Source: a virus (lineage: Duplodnaviria > Heunggongvirae > Uroviricota > Caudoviricetes). From it: a stretch of 64,000 nucleotides of DNA. Numbering within the stretch: the first letter of the stretch is position 1; each line of letters opens with the position of its first letter. Location: positions 1-64,000 of IMG/VR virus record IMGVR_UViG_3300042914_003231; one strand, given 5' to 3'. The position numbers and the translations under genes are program-made. Below are positions 1 to 9,948 of the stretch, piece by piece. The notes beneath the pieces are model-generated. The model made no database searches. It saw only the letters and a program-made list of their open reading frames with translations, and was not told the origin of the DNA.

Positions 1-163
1 TTGGCAACTCCAGTATTACTTGAACATTGCTTGCAGTACCTTTTCCCATCCACATTCTTCCAGATATAGGCATCTTCCCCGCATCCATCACACTTTTTTT
101 TCTTCGGTTGTATTCCCATCTCCTTCGTTTTTACCTATATTTTTTTTACTTATTAACAATCCA

Positions 164-718
164 TTACCGAATGACTTGTTTAGGATAACAACTGTTGATC
201 TTACCTGAGTCAGATCGTTTTCTTGTTTTGCTAGAGCCTTCAGTATTTCTTCCTCCATTGGAGTCTCTGGACATATTAATAGGGATACTCCTTCGTTGCA
301 GATTGTTTCTACTCTCATGTGTAATAGTATTTAACTCATAGAAAACTTTAGGTAATACTTTTGTTTCAATGAGTTTGTCAATAATTTGTTTTTTTGTGAT
401 TTTTAGCATTTTGAAGCTCATGTTATTCACATACTCCGGGTCCCCAGCAATACCATAATGTTTTATAAAACATTTTGTTATTTCCATATCTGGAAACCAG
501 TTCATAAAGAATTTATTGGCCAGTATATTAACTATCTCTTGCTTCCACAGATTAATCACCTTCTGTGCTTTTTTGTAGAGTTTTATAACTCTTTGTTTTT
601 TTTCTAATGACATCTCTTGTAATTCTTTCTCTGAGTACACACTTAGGCCATAAAGGGCTCTGTTGTACAGAAAGTTTTGATGATCATTGTAATTGTTTTT
701 TTCATAATGTTTTTGCAT
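164..718 (-). CDS. hypothetical protein
   Basis: 184-aa ORF, first in the leftward co-oriented block; no recognisable motif. Confidence 0.5.
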   Translation of the reverse strand: MQKHYEKNNYNDHQNFLYNRALYGLSVYSEKELQEMSLEKKQRVIKLYKKAQKVINLWKQEIVNILANKFFMNWFPDMEITKCFIKHYGIAGDPEYVNNMSFKMLKITKKQIIDKLIETKVLPKVFYELNTITHESRNNLQRRSIPINMSRDSNGGRNTEGSSKTRKRSDSGKINSCYPKQVIR

Positions 719-799
719 AAGGGTTAAGAAGAGGGAATAGCATTGGTTAGAAAATAAGAAAAAGGGTAAAGTATAAACCTTACCCTTTTTCTTTACTTA

Positions 800-1288
800 T
801 TATAGATCAGCAGGATTGTTAGATTTGCTAGAAATACCAATAGAAATCTCATCGACCTTCTCTTTATTCTTAGCATATGCTTCTTTAATCGCGTCACCAT
901 TATTATGAGCTACTGAAATATCTTCAGAAGACATGTTAGTGGTGTAGAAAGTTTTACGATAGATAGGCTGCCCATCTTGACAGCATACTATGTTAGTCTT
1001 TCCTGCGATCTTGTAGTCGCGTTCAGGATCACTAGCATTGAATGGTTCAAGACTTTCCTTGAATATAATCTTACCAGGAAGTTCCTGATCTTTTTTCCAA
1101 CCGAAAGATTTTAGATCTTCTACTGTTCCATGCACTAAAGCACTGATTGTTTTTCTACGAGCAAAGCCATTGTCGTCAACAACAATACGATTTTGCTCTA
1201 CTCTTATGTGAGCCCATTCTGGGTTGTTCTTTGATACGATGACAACATTTCCTGCATCATCAGATGTTACTTTTACTTTTGAGTCCAT
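800..1288 (-). CDS. hypothetical protein
   Basis: 162-aa ORF; TTGAGTT leader motif about 35 nt upstream of its ATG. Confidence 0.5.
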   Translation of the reverse strand: MDSKVKVTSDDAGNVVIVSKNNPEWAHIRVEQNRIVVDDNGFARRKTISALVHGTVEDLKSFGWKKDQELPGKIIFKESLEPFNASDPERDYKIAGKTNIVCCQDGQPIYRKTFYTTNMSSEDISVAHNNGDAIKEAYAKNKEKVDEISIGISSKSNNPADL

Positions 1289-1351
1289 GATTTTTTGATT
1301 TTTGATTGTTAAACATTGATTTGATTGTTGAGTTAAATATAGTACAAATGC

Positions 1352-1378
1352 AAAAACCGAGTAACTCTCTCGGTTTTA
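1352..1378 (-). terminator. rho-independent terminator (hairpin ccgag/ctcgg flanked by A and T runs, bidirectional)
   Basis: aaaaccgag-taactct-ctcggtttt, immediately downstream of the minus gene 1406-1717. Confidence 0.5.
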
Positions 1379-1405
1379 CATATATGCTGTCATGGCCACT
1401 AACAG

Positions 1406-1717
1406 CTAATCTTGTTCTTCTGATTCTTGTAATTCTTCACTCTCTTCAGTGATTCCTACATCATCTACTGTTATTATTGCAATAGTAGTAGTGACTTGCA
1501 TAGGAATTTCTTCACTCTCTTCCTGATAGTCAATACTCTTATCATGAGTAACTTCAGTTTTCTTTTTGGGCTTTCTGATGGCTGATTCTTGCCAATGAGA
1601 CTCTGGATATTCACCAACATTACCTGCCATAAGATCTTGAATATCTTGATCTGTCATATCAAGATATTGCTCTGTAGATATATGTACAATTTTTCCGTTA
1701 GGTAGTTGGTAAATCAT
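1406..1717 (-). CDS. hypothetical acidic protein
   Basis: 103-aa ORF with a very acidic C-terminus (EESEELQESEEQD). Confidence 0.5.
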   Translation of the reverse strand: MIYQLPNGKIVHISTEQYLDMTDQDIQDLMAGNVGEYPESHWQESAIRKPKKKTEVTHDKSIDYQEESEEIPMQVTTTIAIITVDDVGITEESEELQESEEQD

Positions 1718-1721
1718 TTTA

Positions 1722-1910
1722 TTATCTCAATAGGCTAATAAGAACAATCCCTAATGCTACACAGGCAAAAAAGATATCTCTTCTTTTAATGTTCTGCTGC
1801 AGAGTGGCAATCTGTTTCTCTAAAGCTGCTACCTTCTCTTCATATTTGTCAAGGTATACATACTTTTTCTTTTTCGGCCAACCCATTCTTCTTTCTTCTT
1901 GTTCTTGCAT
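1722..1910 (-). CDS. small coiled-coil protein with C-terminal TM
   Basis: 62-aa ORF packed tightly against the upstream gene. Confidence 0.35.
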   Translation of the reverse strand: MQEQEERRMGWPKKKKYVYLDKYEEKVAALEKQIATLQQNIKRRDIFFACVALGIVLISLLR

Positions 1911-1940
1911 AGTTATTCTTTACACAAATATACACCTTTT

Positions 1941-2453
1941 TTAAAAAGGTTGATCATCTGCTGGGATAATAGGAGTTTGTTCACTTAAGGCATCCAAAAG
2001 ATCTAAAAAGGATTCTTCTTTATATGCTATGACATACTCTAATGCCTGATAAGTCACCTGTTTTATTGCTCCACTATCCATAAATGTGAAGCTAAGCACA
2101 TAAGGAGAACTATGATAAAGATTTACGTCCTCAATCTGACAAAGTAATAATCCTTCTTTATCATAAGAGGCTCCTTCTTTCCAGTGTGGCATTTTCTTAG
2201 TTTCCCGTTTATCTACCTTCCAAGATGGTAAATGACCAAACTTAACCCAGACCATATCACCCTTCTTATACTTGACTGTAGGATATATGCCTACCAAGGC
2301 TTTCATAAGCCCCGGTAAAGCATGATCTATAGTGTTTAAATAACCCACAATAACTTCTGCCAGCTTTTCATCACTAGGATCTTTTAGCCTAGTCATCAAA
2401 GCTTCTTTCACTTGATCAGGAGAGCATTCGATCATTATTTTCTTTTCACTCAT
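1941..2453 (-). CDS. hypothetical protein
   Basis: 170-aa ORF; 4-nt ATGA overlap with the next gene. Confidence 0.55.
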   Translation of the reverse strand: MSEKKIMIECSPDQVKEALMTRLKDPSDEKLAEVIVGYLNTIDHALPGLMKALVGIYPTVKYKKGDMVWVKFGHLPSWKVDKRETKKMPHWKEGASYDKEGLLLCQIEDVNLYHSSPYVLSFTFMDSGAIKQVTYQALEYVIAYKEESFLDLLDALSEQTPIIPADDQPF

Positions 2454-2797
2454 TGTGTTTCCATAAACCAGGTTATGTATTCGCGATAAAGACCGTTAGG
2501 TCTTCTGTTCTTAAACCTGTTGCTACTAATAAAGTGGAACCATACTCCAAATAGGAATATGCTACTAAATAGGACCGCATCTACCTTTAAGTTAAACCCA
2601 TTGTCAAGGGCACTTACATAAGGTACTATAGCCGGTCTTGGATTTAGTATTCCAAATATGATGAAAACCAAGGTCTCCATCACTAGTACAGGTATCAAGG
2701 ATTGCATTAGTATCCTGAATGCTATCCTCACAAAGTTTGTTGTCTTCATACTTATAATATAAATTATTGGTGATAACATCCAGTAACGAGTTATCAA
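2450..2797 (-). CDS. hypothetical membrane protein
   Basis: 115 aa, several hydrophobic helices. Confidence 0.5.
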   Translation of the reverse strand: MITRYWMLSPIIYIISMKTTNFVRIAFRILMQSLIPVLVMETLVFIIFGILNPRPAIVPYVSALDNGFNLKVDAVLFSSIFLFGVWFHFISSNRFKNRRPNGLYREYITWFMETQ

Positions 2798-2802
2798 CAG
2801 AC

Positions 2803-3027
2803 CTATGTTGATAATTTCTCATTCACTATAGTGATTTTTACCACATCATGGTGATAATGCAACCAGGCTTTTGCCTTCTTAATGTCTTCATCCGTGTGAT
2901 GACTTTCTTTAAATAGCTGGTAAGCACATCCTCCTGGACCTGCTAGATCTTCTCGGTAGAGCATATCATTGATATCTCCACCAGTTGCCCCATTGGGTCT
3001 TAGTTCTTTTAGAGTTAGAGTACTCAT
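2803..3027 (-). CDS. hypothetical protein
   Basis: 74-aa ORF. Confidence 0.4.
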   Translation of the reverse strand: MSTLTLKELRPNGATGGDINDMLYREDLAGPGGCAYQLFKESHHTDEDIKKAKAWLHYHHDVVKITIVNEKLST

Positions 3028-3187
3028 TTTGTAGAATTATTATCCACAAAATAAGTATCGGCTTCTTTTCCTACTACCAATTTAAACCTGAATGTACAGG
3101 TCAATATGGCTATTAGGATCAAGAAAGCACATGCCTTAGGATGGCTTTCTATTGCTGCTAGGAATGTTTCCATGCTGAATTCCTCCA

Positions 3188-3421
3188 TTATGTTCTTTTT
3201 TTAATGCCGAACGCTATACCTATTTGTGAGGTATAGATGAATCGGTCTGATTGTTCTGTATCTATGTGTGCCCATGGTGGTACTATCTCCTTAACCAGAG
3301 TATCAAAGTCTGAGGGTTCCATAATAACCAACAGTCTAAGATTCTCTGGCATCGGGGATAGTCTATACACATGATGGGCAAACAATTCGATATCAGCTTG
3401 TGTTTTTAGGTTGTTTTCCAT
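3188..3421 (-). CDS. hypothetical protein
   Basis: 77-aa ORF abutting the 3421-4755 gene. Confidence 0.4.
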   Translation of the reverse strand: MENNLKTQADIELFAHHVYRLSPMPENLRLLVIMEPSDFDTLVKEIVPPWAHIDTEQSDRFIYTSQIGIAFGIKKRT

Positions 3422-4755
3422 TAGAATGGTAATTCTGCAAAATCTGTTACTGGAGCCTTGTCTCCTAATGCACTTCTATAATCCAGTAAGTGCTGGGTGA
3501 TCATATCTCTCAATTCCTGTGGTGGATTGTGACCTTCTCTTCCATTACGGAAGCCTTGAAGTTGGTGCATGCGTAAGCTCTTACCTACTTCCAGAGTATA
3601 CCGGATATCCTTGTATACCATAGAGAATATACCACAGTCTCCATTGTTTATTCTGCTTGCATATGTTGCTACACAATGTTCTTGTTCAATACTTTCCTGA
3701 AGCAATCGCTTCTTGCTATCAACCTCTTCTACAGGTATAGCGAAGTCCTTGAACAGACCTTTGTAATTTTTGTGCATTTTCACATGCTTCACACCCTTTA
3801 AAATTCTTTCCCTGCTAAGCTTGCTGTGTTCATCTCGCATTCTCTTGTCTGAGGTGATCTTTAAGGAGAGCTTTTTGTCCAGCTCATAGTGGTCATTCAA
3901 CCAGTCTTCTACTAACCATGACAATTCATCCTTACCAAAGCACATCTCAGAGATGAGACAACCCAGACTATACTTACTTTTAGATCCTCCTGTAAGACCG
4001 TCTAAAAAAGATATGCGAGTCTCACGAGTCTCTTCAGCTTGTTTCTTTTCTTTTTCCAGGATAAACTGACAAACTCTGTTCATCTCTCCTGGATTCTGAA
4101 GTACTTTGCAAAGAACATCTAAACCCTTTATGCTTAACTTTTCAATAAGCAGTTTAGGTATCTTTACATTGTACATCTTCTCAATGACTTCAGCCTCATT
4201 TTTAGTGTTCATAAAGTTTCTGGTAAGAACTTTATCTAATACTGGCTGGTAGTCAATGTTAAGAACTGTTTTCAAGATCTGAGGACCATATGTATGAGGA
4301 ATGCGACCACCCTTCATTATTCTCGGGCCTCTGTATCTTCTGCTGGCTATGAACACATACAATTGTTTACTGTAACAAAAGATAGGATGGTTTTTCTTAA
4401 AAGGATAGAATCGGTTCTTTTTGTAAGCATAAGCATATCCATGCTCAAACTCGGCAATACTGATGCGATCTTTTTCTTTGTTGTAGAGTATAGAAAGAAC
4501 TGTTTTAACAGGCCTAGACCTATATCCATTGACTGCTTTCATGTATATCTCTGAGTCTGGTTCATGTTTCCAACCATGCTCTTTGAAATAGTTCTTACAG
4601 TACTCAATTGCTTTTAAGTTATCAGGAGAGGTCATGTCAAAGTAATAGGAGATGAATTGCTCATTCTCTATTACCTTAACCTCCCTTTCATCAGACTGTG
4701 GACGGTATAGATCCTTTACAGTCTCTATTATCCGGTTGAATATTTCTCTTTTCAT
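3421..4755 (-). CDS. hypothetical protein, possibly PcfJ-like
   Basis: 444 aa; the C-terminal region with EQEHCVATY...GDCGIF is reminiscent of the PcfJ-like family (from memory, unverified); TTGAGTTGG leader upstream. Confidence 0.5.
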   Translation of the reverse strand: MKREIFNRIIETVKDLYRPQSDEREVKVIENEQFISYYFDMTSPDNLKAIEYCKNYFKEHGWKHEPDSEIYMKAVNGYRSRPVKTVLSILYNKEKDRISIAEFEHGYAYAYKKNRFYPFKKNHPIFCYSKQLYVFIASRRYRGPRIMKGGRIPHTYGPQILKTVLNIDYQPVLDKVLTRNFMNTKNEAEVIEKMYNVKIPKLLIEKLSIKGLDVLCKVLQNPGEMNRVCQFILEKEKKQAEETRETRISFLDGLTGGSKSKYSLGCLISEMCFGKDELSWLVEDWLNDHYELDKKLSLKITSDKRMRDEHSKLSRERILKGVKHVKMHKNYKGLFKDFAIPVEEVDSKKRLLQESIEQEHCVATYASRINNGDCGIFSMVYKDIRYTLEVGKSLRMHQLQGFRNGREGHNPPQELRDMITQHLLDYRSALGDKAPVTDFAELPF

Positions 4756-4784
4756 GTGGGTTGGTTTTTGAGTTGGTTAATTTT

Positions 4785-5084
4785 TTATTCATTTACCCAT
4801 AACTCAACAGTCATGGTAGACATACTGATAAGTTTTACTACAAGATTCTTCTTGTGTTTGGTCAACAAGTAGTTGTAAAGGTCAAAGTATGGTTGTTTAA
4901 GATCATGTGCACCAAAGCCACTGCTCTGTGATAGTTTCTCCTCATAATGCTCTCTTTCAAACTTGAAAAGGAATCTTTGCACTTTACTGCCTTTATAATT
5001 TTCTTGAGCCTGCTTTTTCAAGCTGGCCAGAGTAGGAGCAGAAGCCTTTGCTTCTGCCCTTTTCTTGGTTGTTTTTTTTGCCAT
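4785..5084 (-). CDS. hypothetical protein with basic N-terminus
   Basis: 99 aa, starts MAKKTTKKRAEAK. Confidence 0.45.
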   Translation of the reverse strand: MAKKTTKKRAEAKASAPTLASLKKQAQENYKGSKVQRFLFKFEREHYEEKLSQSSGFGAHDLKQPYFDLYNYLLTKHKKNLVVKLISMSTMTVELWVNE

Positions 5085-5486
5085 TTATTTATTTGCTAAT
5101 GGTTTATTTGTTAGAGGAGTCAGACTATAGCCATTTTTTGTTAGCTTTAGTACAGCATCATATTCCTTATAGAAGTCTACATCTATAGTAAATGAACCGG
5201 ATTGTGTGACATCAAGCATAAGAAACTTAACATTCTGGTTCTTATCTTGGAACCTTATTAAGTACTTTGCACCTAGATCACAAGCTATGGAATAATACTT
5301 CCTAGCCTTTGTACGGTATTCACTTACAAATGTACCTTCATGATTCATCTTGTAAACAGTGAAGTTTACATTTTTCTGATGGAGAAACTCTCCTTCAAGA
5401 ATAAGATGATACGGATCTTTTGTTTTTCCTTGTACTGATATGGTACATAACAGTACCACAATTAGTGAGTTGATTAACTTTTTCAT
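5085..5486 (-). CDS. secreted protein (N-terminal signal peptide)
   Basis: MKKLINSLIVVLLCTISVQG signal-like N-terminus; TTGAGTTGAT leader upstream. Confidence 0.5.
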   Translation of the reverse strand: MKKLINSLIVVLLCTISVQGKTKDPYHLILEGEFLHQKNVNFTVYKMNHEGTFVSEYRTKARKYYSIACDLGAKYLIRFQDKNQNVKFLMLDVTQSGSFTIDVDFYKEYDAVLKLTKNGYSLTPLTNKPLANK

Positions 5487-5530
5487 TTTGAGTTGATATT
5501 AGATTGTTGCACCAACTGCCCGGTGCCGGC

Positions 5531-6514
5531 TTATTTCATGTTGAACATTGCTGAAGTATTCCCACCCAACATGGTGGTAGGATACTTACCATCCCAGTTA
5601 GAAGCTCTGATGTAATCGATATACTGTTGGCTTAACTGTGCTTGCTTAAGCTTCATAGCCTTAGATTCTGCATCTGCTTCTACTAACATGGCTTGTGCTC
5701 TACCTGAAGCTGTAATAACGGCTTTGGCTGAATCACCTCTAGCTAGGGCAATCTTGGTTTTGGCTTGTGCATCTGCAACAATAGCCTTTTGTATTTCCCC
5801 TTGAGCTAGCTGTACAGCCTTAGTCTTTTCTTCGATCGCGTTTCTTAATGCTTCTGGTGGAACAATATTAGTTCTAAGCTGAGATATGACAAACCATTTA
5901 CTAGTCCTCTTATTACATTCTGTAACAATCTCTGCTTCAAACTGCTCTCTCTTATTAAAGATGTCATCTACAGACCATCTATTTGCCACATCATTTACTG
6001 ATCCCACAATAGCTGTCATTAACCATCCTTGTTCTATATCCTTCACTCCGAGTCTTAGAGCTTCAAACATATCTCCGACTGCATCTGCTTTTAAGGAATA
6101 GTTGAAGGTTGGTTTAATAACTGCTGAGAATCCTCCCTTTGTTATGACACCCTGATCACCATATTCAATATGTTGCTGGTAAGTAGGAAATTCATACAGT
6201 TTTTCTACCCATGTATTATAAGCTACCCAACCGGTTTTATACTGGTAGTCACTGACCCCGCGTTCATCACCTGATAGTTTAACTTTAATACCTACATGAC
6301 CAGCATCTACCCTCTCAAGGGTGTAAGGTTGAAATATGGCAACAAGCATACCTATAATGAGGATCAATAAAGGCTTAATTAGCCATGCCGGATTAGTTTT
6401 TTCAACCAAGTCATTGTACCGATCCTTAGTTTTGATTTTTGCATTTTCGCGGGTGCTAAATAGCATACCGATTACAAATAGGAGCACTGCTCCAAAAATT
6501 ATCCATGAAATCAT
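5531..6514 (-). CDS. SPFH / band-7 (stomatin-prohibitin-HflK/C-like) membrane protein
   Basis: N-terminal TM helix, then an Ala/Glu/Gln-rich coiled-coil tail (AQGEIQKAIVADAQAKTKIALARGDSAKAVITASGRAQAMLVEADAESKA) typical of the SPFH family. Confidence 0.6.
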   Translation of the reverse strand: MISWIIFGAVLLFVIGMLFSTRENAKIKTKDRYNDLVEKTNPAWLIKPLLILIIGMLVAIFQPYTLERVDAGHVGIKVKLSGDERGVSDYQYKTGWVAYNTWVEKLYEFPTYQQHIEYGDQGVITKGGFSAVIKPTFNYSLKADAVGDMFEALRLGVKDIEQGWLMTAIVGSVNDVANRWSVDDIFNKREQFEAEIVTECNKRTSKWFVISQLRTNIVPPEALRNAIEEKTKAVQLAQGEIQKAIVADAQAKTKIALARGDSAKAVITASGRAQAMLVEADAESKAMKLKQAQLSQQYIDYIRASNWDGKYPTTMLGGNTSAMFNMK

Positions 6515-6729
6515 TTTTCTTCTTCTTTTTTAGGGTTATTAATGTTTAAAATTTTCTGTAGCAATCTTACTATATACCATACATAGGCTACAACCATGAT
6601 GATATAAATTACAGTAGCCATTGAAAATAGTGGTATTGGGAAAAGAGGCCTTGAGATAAGCTCAAAGTAACTATCACTTGCTCCTATTACTACCATAGTA
6701 ACAAACAGGAATATGATCAGATTCTTCAT
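6511..6729 (-). CDS. small membrane protein, possibly a truncated NfeD-like partner of the SPFH protein
   Basis: 72 aa, two hydrophobic helices; 4-nt overlap with and directly upstream of the SPFH gene in the same orientation. Confidence 0.4.
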   Translation of the reverse strand: MKNLIIFLFVTMVVIGASDSYFELISRPLFPIPLFSMATVIYIIMVVAYVWYIVRLLQKILNINNPKKEEEK

Positions 6730-7112
6730 TCTTTAGGTCCTCCCATTCCACCACCTCCTAGTATTCTTACTATTGGGTGGTTCATTTGAGATCTCATGTC
6801 AGAAATCACATACATTACATAAGCTAACTCATTTGCGTGCTTGCAGAATGTAGATGCTTCTACCATTGCTGCGGTCAGTTTATCAGTTGCTATGAATGCT
6901 TTTCTTGCATAAGACTCAAGTTCGATAAGCCTTTCTTCAGTGATACCTAGAGCCTCAAATATTTTCTCTGAGTCAGGATTGATACATTTAACATGAAGAT
7001 GTTCGGCCTTATCTACTGTACTTACATCCATCAATGTGATAGATACTTTTGTTCTTTTTACAGGAGCTTTTTTCTTTGCCGGAGCTTTTTTCTTTGTAGG
7101 TGTTTTTGCCAT
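6726..7112 (-). CDS. hypothetical protein with Lys/Ala-rich histone-like N-terminus
   Basis: starts MAKTPTKKKAPAKKKAPVKRTK; 4-nt overlap with the downstream gene. Confidence 0.5.
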   Translation of the reverse strand: MAKTPTKKKAPAKKKAPVKRTKVSITLMDVSTVDKAEHLHVKCINPDSEKIFEALGITEERLIELESYARKAFIATDKLTAAMVEASTFCKHANELAYVMYVISDMRSQMNHPIVRILGGGGMGGPKE

Positions 7113-7128
7113 ACTAATGGATTGTTTA

Positions 7129-7160
7129 AATGTTTAATGTTTAAATGTTTAAATAATAAA
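7129..7160. repeat. tandem repeat (tgtttaaa)x4 just upstream of a leftward gene start
   Basis: tgtttaaatgtttaatgtttaaatgtttaaat is visible directly. Confidence 0.8.
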
Positions 7161-7727
7161 GTCACCCAGTAAAAGAACTGATATAGACTATGGTACTGTT
7201 AAAATTAAGGTCAAAGACCTTCCCTTGTTATAAAGGCAAAGGTGAAAACCAAGTCTTGTTTATACTATCACAAGGGCCAAGCCTCTACTCTCATAGGGCA
7301 AACAAAGGTCCTCTTAATGTGATAGAGTGATCCAATTATCTCCTTTCGGAGTAACCTGTTCACTGGTTGATACTTTTTATGAAAGCTCAAAAACAATAGG
7401 GGGTTTCACAAGGGAAGCGGTTGATGGGCACACCAGGTACCCGTTTAATTTAACATGATCCAAATTCATGTCTCCATTAGCAGTGGAGTGCTATTTTTCA
7501 GATAGCGAATAATAGTTTATATGTATAGTTCTTTTACCAAGCATAAAGATCTGCAGATATCAGCTTCTGCTTCTTCTACAGATCACCTTTAGGGGAGCTC
7601 TCCCAGCGTCACCTTCCTCACAGGACCGTATGCTTAACACTTAAGTTGGTAGGACTGGTAACAGGAGAGCATAATAAAATGTGGGAGGGGCCGGGTCTTC
7701 GAAGCCCCTTTATCCCACTAGAGTGTA
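7161..7727. other. large non-coding island (about 570 nt), GC-richer than the flanks; candidate structured RNA or regulatory region
   Basis: no ORF of 60 aa or more in any frame; several hairpins, e.g. ggggccgggtcttcgaagcccc at about 7693-7714. Confidence 0.35.
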
Positions 7728-8648
7728 TTAGACCTCAGGTTCTAGTCCTTTTAAGAACTGATCAATAGTTGCCTGAAATCTAGGATCGATCTGAATACGC
7801 ATTGCTGCAGTAGTCTTGATTTGCTCCTGGCGGTCAGCTTCGAATGACTCCTTCTCTACCTTAATGGCATCAGAGTATTCATCCATAGCTTTATTCCACT
7901 CATTACGCAACTTCTCATTGCGATTGTTCACCTCAGCTTGCTTTACAGCATTCTCTTTAGCAATGCGAGCATTCTCCTCAGTCACAAGGTTCTTAACCTT
8001 GGCTTTGTAGTAGTTCACGCGTTGCTCATACTTGCGGTGAAGAGTGGCTAAAGTCTCATGATGAGCTAATAACTCTTCAGATGTGTGATGTACTTCTACC
8101 TTAATAGGTGTGCGCTCTCCATCCTTGATAGTTATCCAATCAAGAGCTTTTACCTTAGGTAATTCTTTTCTCAAGCCATCCAATATGGAGTCCTTGTGAA
8201 TGAACTGACCGATGTGAGCAGCATATGCCTCTGCTTCTATATACTCTGCATATTCTGCAGAAGTAAGTTTGTCCCAGCCCCAGTCCTCACCAATAGCTTT
8301 TGCAGCAACAAACTTTTCATAGCTTGGTTGCTCTGGAGCATCTTTTGGTGCTACATAAGACTTCATTCTCAGTTCAATAAGAAGATGGTCTTTAGCCTTA
8401 ATGTTTACCATTAAGAAAGCCTGGGTTGCATGAAGTTTTGCTTTCTCTTGCAACAAGTCAGCAACATCCTTTGGCATAGGTTTACCTACCTCTTGAGTAT
8501 AGGTATCTCCACCAATTTTGAATGTCTTAGTAGCATTATTGATACCACTTAACTTGTTGTTGATCTCTAATGCGCGCTGGTAGCACAAGTTAGAAATACT
8601 TTGAGCCTGAGAAAGGCTTAATCCGGTTTTAGACAAATGATGTCTCAT
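7728..8648 (-). CDS. hypothetical coiled-coil protein
   Basis: 306-aa ORF rich in K/E/A heptads. Confidence 0.55.
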   Translation of the reverse strand: MRHHLSKTGLSLSQAQSISNLCYQRALEINNKLSGINNATKTFKIGGDTYTQEVGKPMPKDVADLLQEKAKLHATQAFLMVNIKAKDHLLIELRMKSYVAPKDAPEQPSYEKFVAAKAIGEDWGWDKLTSAEYAEYIEAEAYAAHIGQFIHKDSILDGLRKELPKVKALDWITIKDGERTPIKVEVHHTSEELLAHHETLATLHRKYEQRVNYYKAKVKNLVTEENARIAKENAVKQAEVNNRNEKLRNEWNKAMDEYSDAIKVEKESFEADRQEQIKTTAAMRIQIDPRFQATIDQFLKGLEPEV

Positions 8649-8680
8649 GATCTTTATGGTTTCCTATACACCATTAGGTT

Positions 8681-9718
8681 TTAAGTTGTTTTATTTTCTT
8701 TCCATTGAATTCCTGGACAGTAGTTCTCTTTAACAGTCATAATATACTGCCAAAAGAATTTGAAGAACTGACCTAAGCCAGATCCTATAACTATAAAGAA
8801 TTTAGCAAATGCTACAGCTGCTTTACCAAAGGTTCTTCCAAACCATGAGTTGCATATACATACAGCACATTTAGTAAATATTCTAGCAAACATCCATACT
8901 ATAAGCACTATAATTCCTACAAATACTAAAATAATTCCAGCATTTCTTAAGAATCTCCAAAGCTTATCTGGATAAAAGTGGGCCCAAGCATAGTCAATAA
9001 CTAACCATACACCGTATGCTATAATTATTAAGAGAGCTATTGCAATAATATAACCTATCCATTTAGTATACTTTACTATATTAGTAAACATCTGTTGTGT
9101 TCTTTTCTTAGCAACTTCTCTAGCTTCCCATTCTTGTTTTTCTTTAAGAGCTAACTCTTCTTGTAGTTTTTTTCTATCTTCAGCAGCTTTTAACCAGCTA
9201 TCTTTTATTTTTTGTCTCATCTCTTTAAGCTTAAGTTCCCAATCAGGATTATCTTGCTTCCAAAGATCAAACTTCTTTCTCATAGCTTTTTTCTTATACT
9301 CTTTTGTACCATAGATAGGATCTTTACCATCTTTATCTAAGAAGTATTCATCTCTCATGAAATGATAATATTCCCAGTCAGCTTCTGAATTACTTCCACG
9401 AGTCCATTCATGATTATAGTTAACTACCCATGCTTTCATAATATCATCCTCTCCCATAATTCTAGCAGCTTGTCTAACTAAAGGTTCACAGATCTTCTGA
9501 TCAAACCAGTCTGTAGACTTCTCTATAAACCAGACAAATCCCTTAACTATTAATAGAATAAGCTTTACTAATGGTACAATAGGTATGATAAAAGTTACTA
9601 GTATACAAAAATTTGTAAGCCAGAAGTAAGGACAGAAGTTGTTGAATCTAGGCGGGTTATTAAAGACAAACCTCTGTAGTCTTCTATGCCATCCATTAGA
9701 ATTTAATGTTATTTCCAT
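8681..9718 (-). CDS. membrane protein (N- and C-terminal TM segments, central coiled coil)
   Basis: 345 aa; long hydrophobic stretches at both ends. Confidence 0.55.
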   Translation of the reverse strand: MEITLNSNGWHRRLQRFVFNNPPRFNNFCPYFWLTNFCILVTFIIPIVPLVKLILLIVKGFVWFIEKSTDWFDQKICEPLVRQAARIMGEDDIMKAWVVNYNHEWTRGSNSEADWEYYHFMRDEYFLDKDGKDPIYGTKEYKKKAMRKKFDLWKQDNPDWELKLKEMRQKIKDSWLKAAEDRKKLQEELALKEKQEWEAREVAKKRTQQMFTNIVKYTKWIGYIIAIALLIIIAYGVWLVIDYAWAHFYPDKLWRFLRNAGIILVFVGIIVLIVWMFARIFTKCAVCICNSWFGRTFGKAAVAFAKFFIVIGSGLGQFFKFFWQYIMTVKENYCPGIQWKENKTT

Positions 9719-9730
9719 ATTTGTTTTTAA

Positions 9731-9759
9731 TTTTAAAGTTTAAATATTTTAAAGTTTAA
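9731..9759. repeat. tandem repeat (ttttaaagtttaa)x2 upstream of a leftward gene start
   Basis: ttttaaagtttaaatattttaaagtttaa. Confidence 0.7.
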
Positions 9760-9948
9760 CTATCAGCAGTCCTTGTACTGTATCTGCTGTTTTATAAGGA
9801 AATAGTTAATAGGTATTGACTGTCTAGTAAGGGCTCCATATAAAGCACTCTCGAGAACTCTGTTACGTATGCACCAAGAGACAGTCAAAAAGATGGGCTA
9901 GGAGATTGCTCTCCTATTGGCTGGTATGAGACAGCTCAATGCCCAATG

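Noticed and set aside
88-318. 76-aa minus-strand ORF
   Set aside because: It overlaps the 164-718 gene by about 155 nt in another frame, so it is probably spurious.
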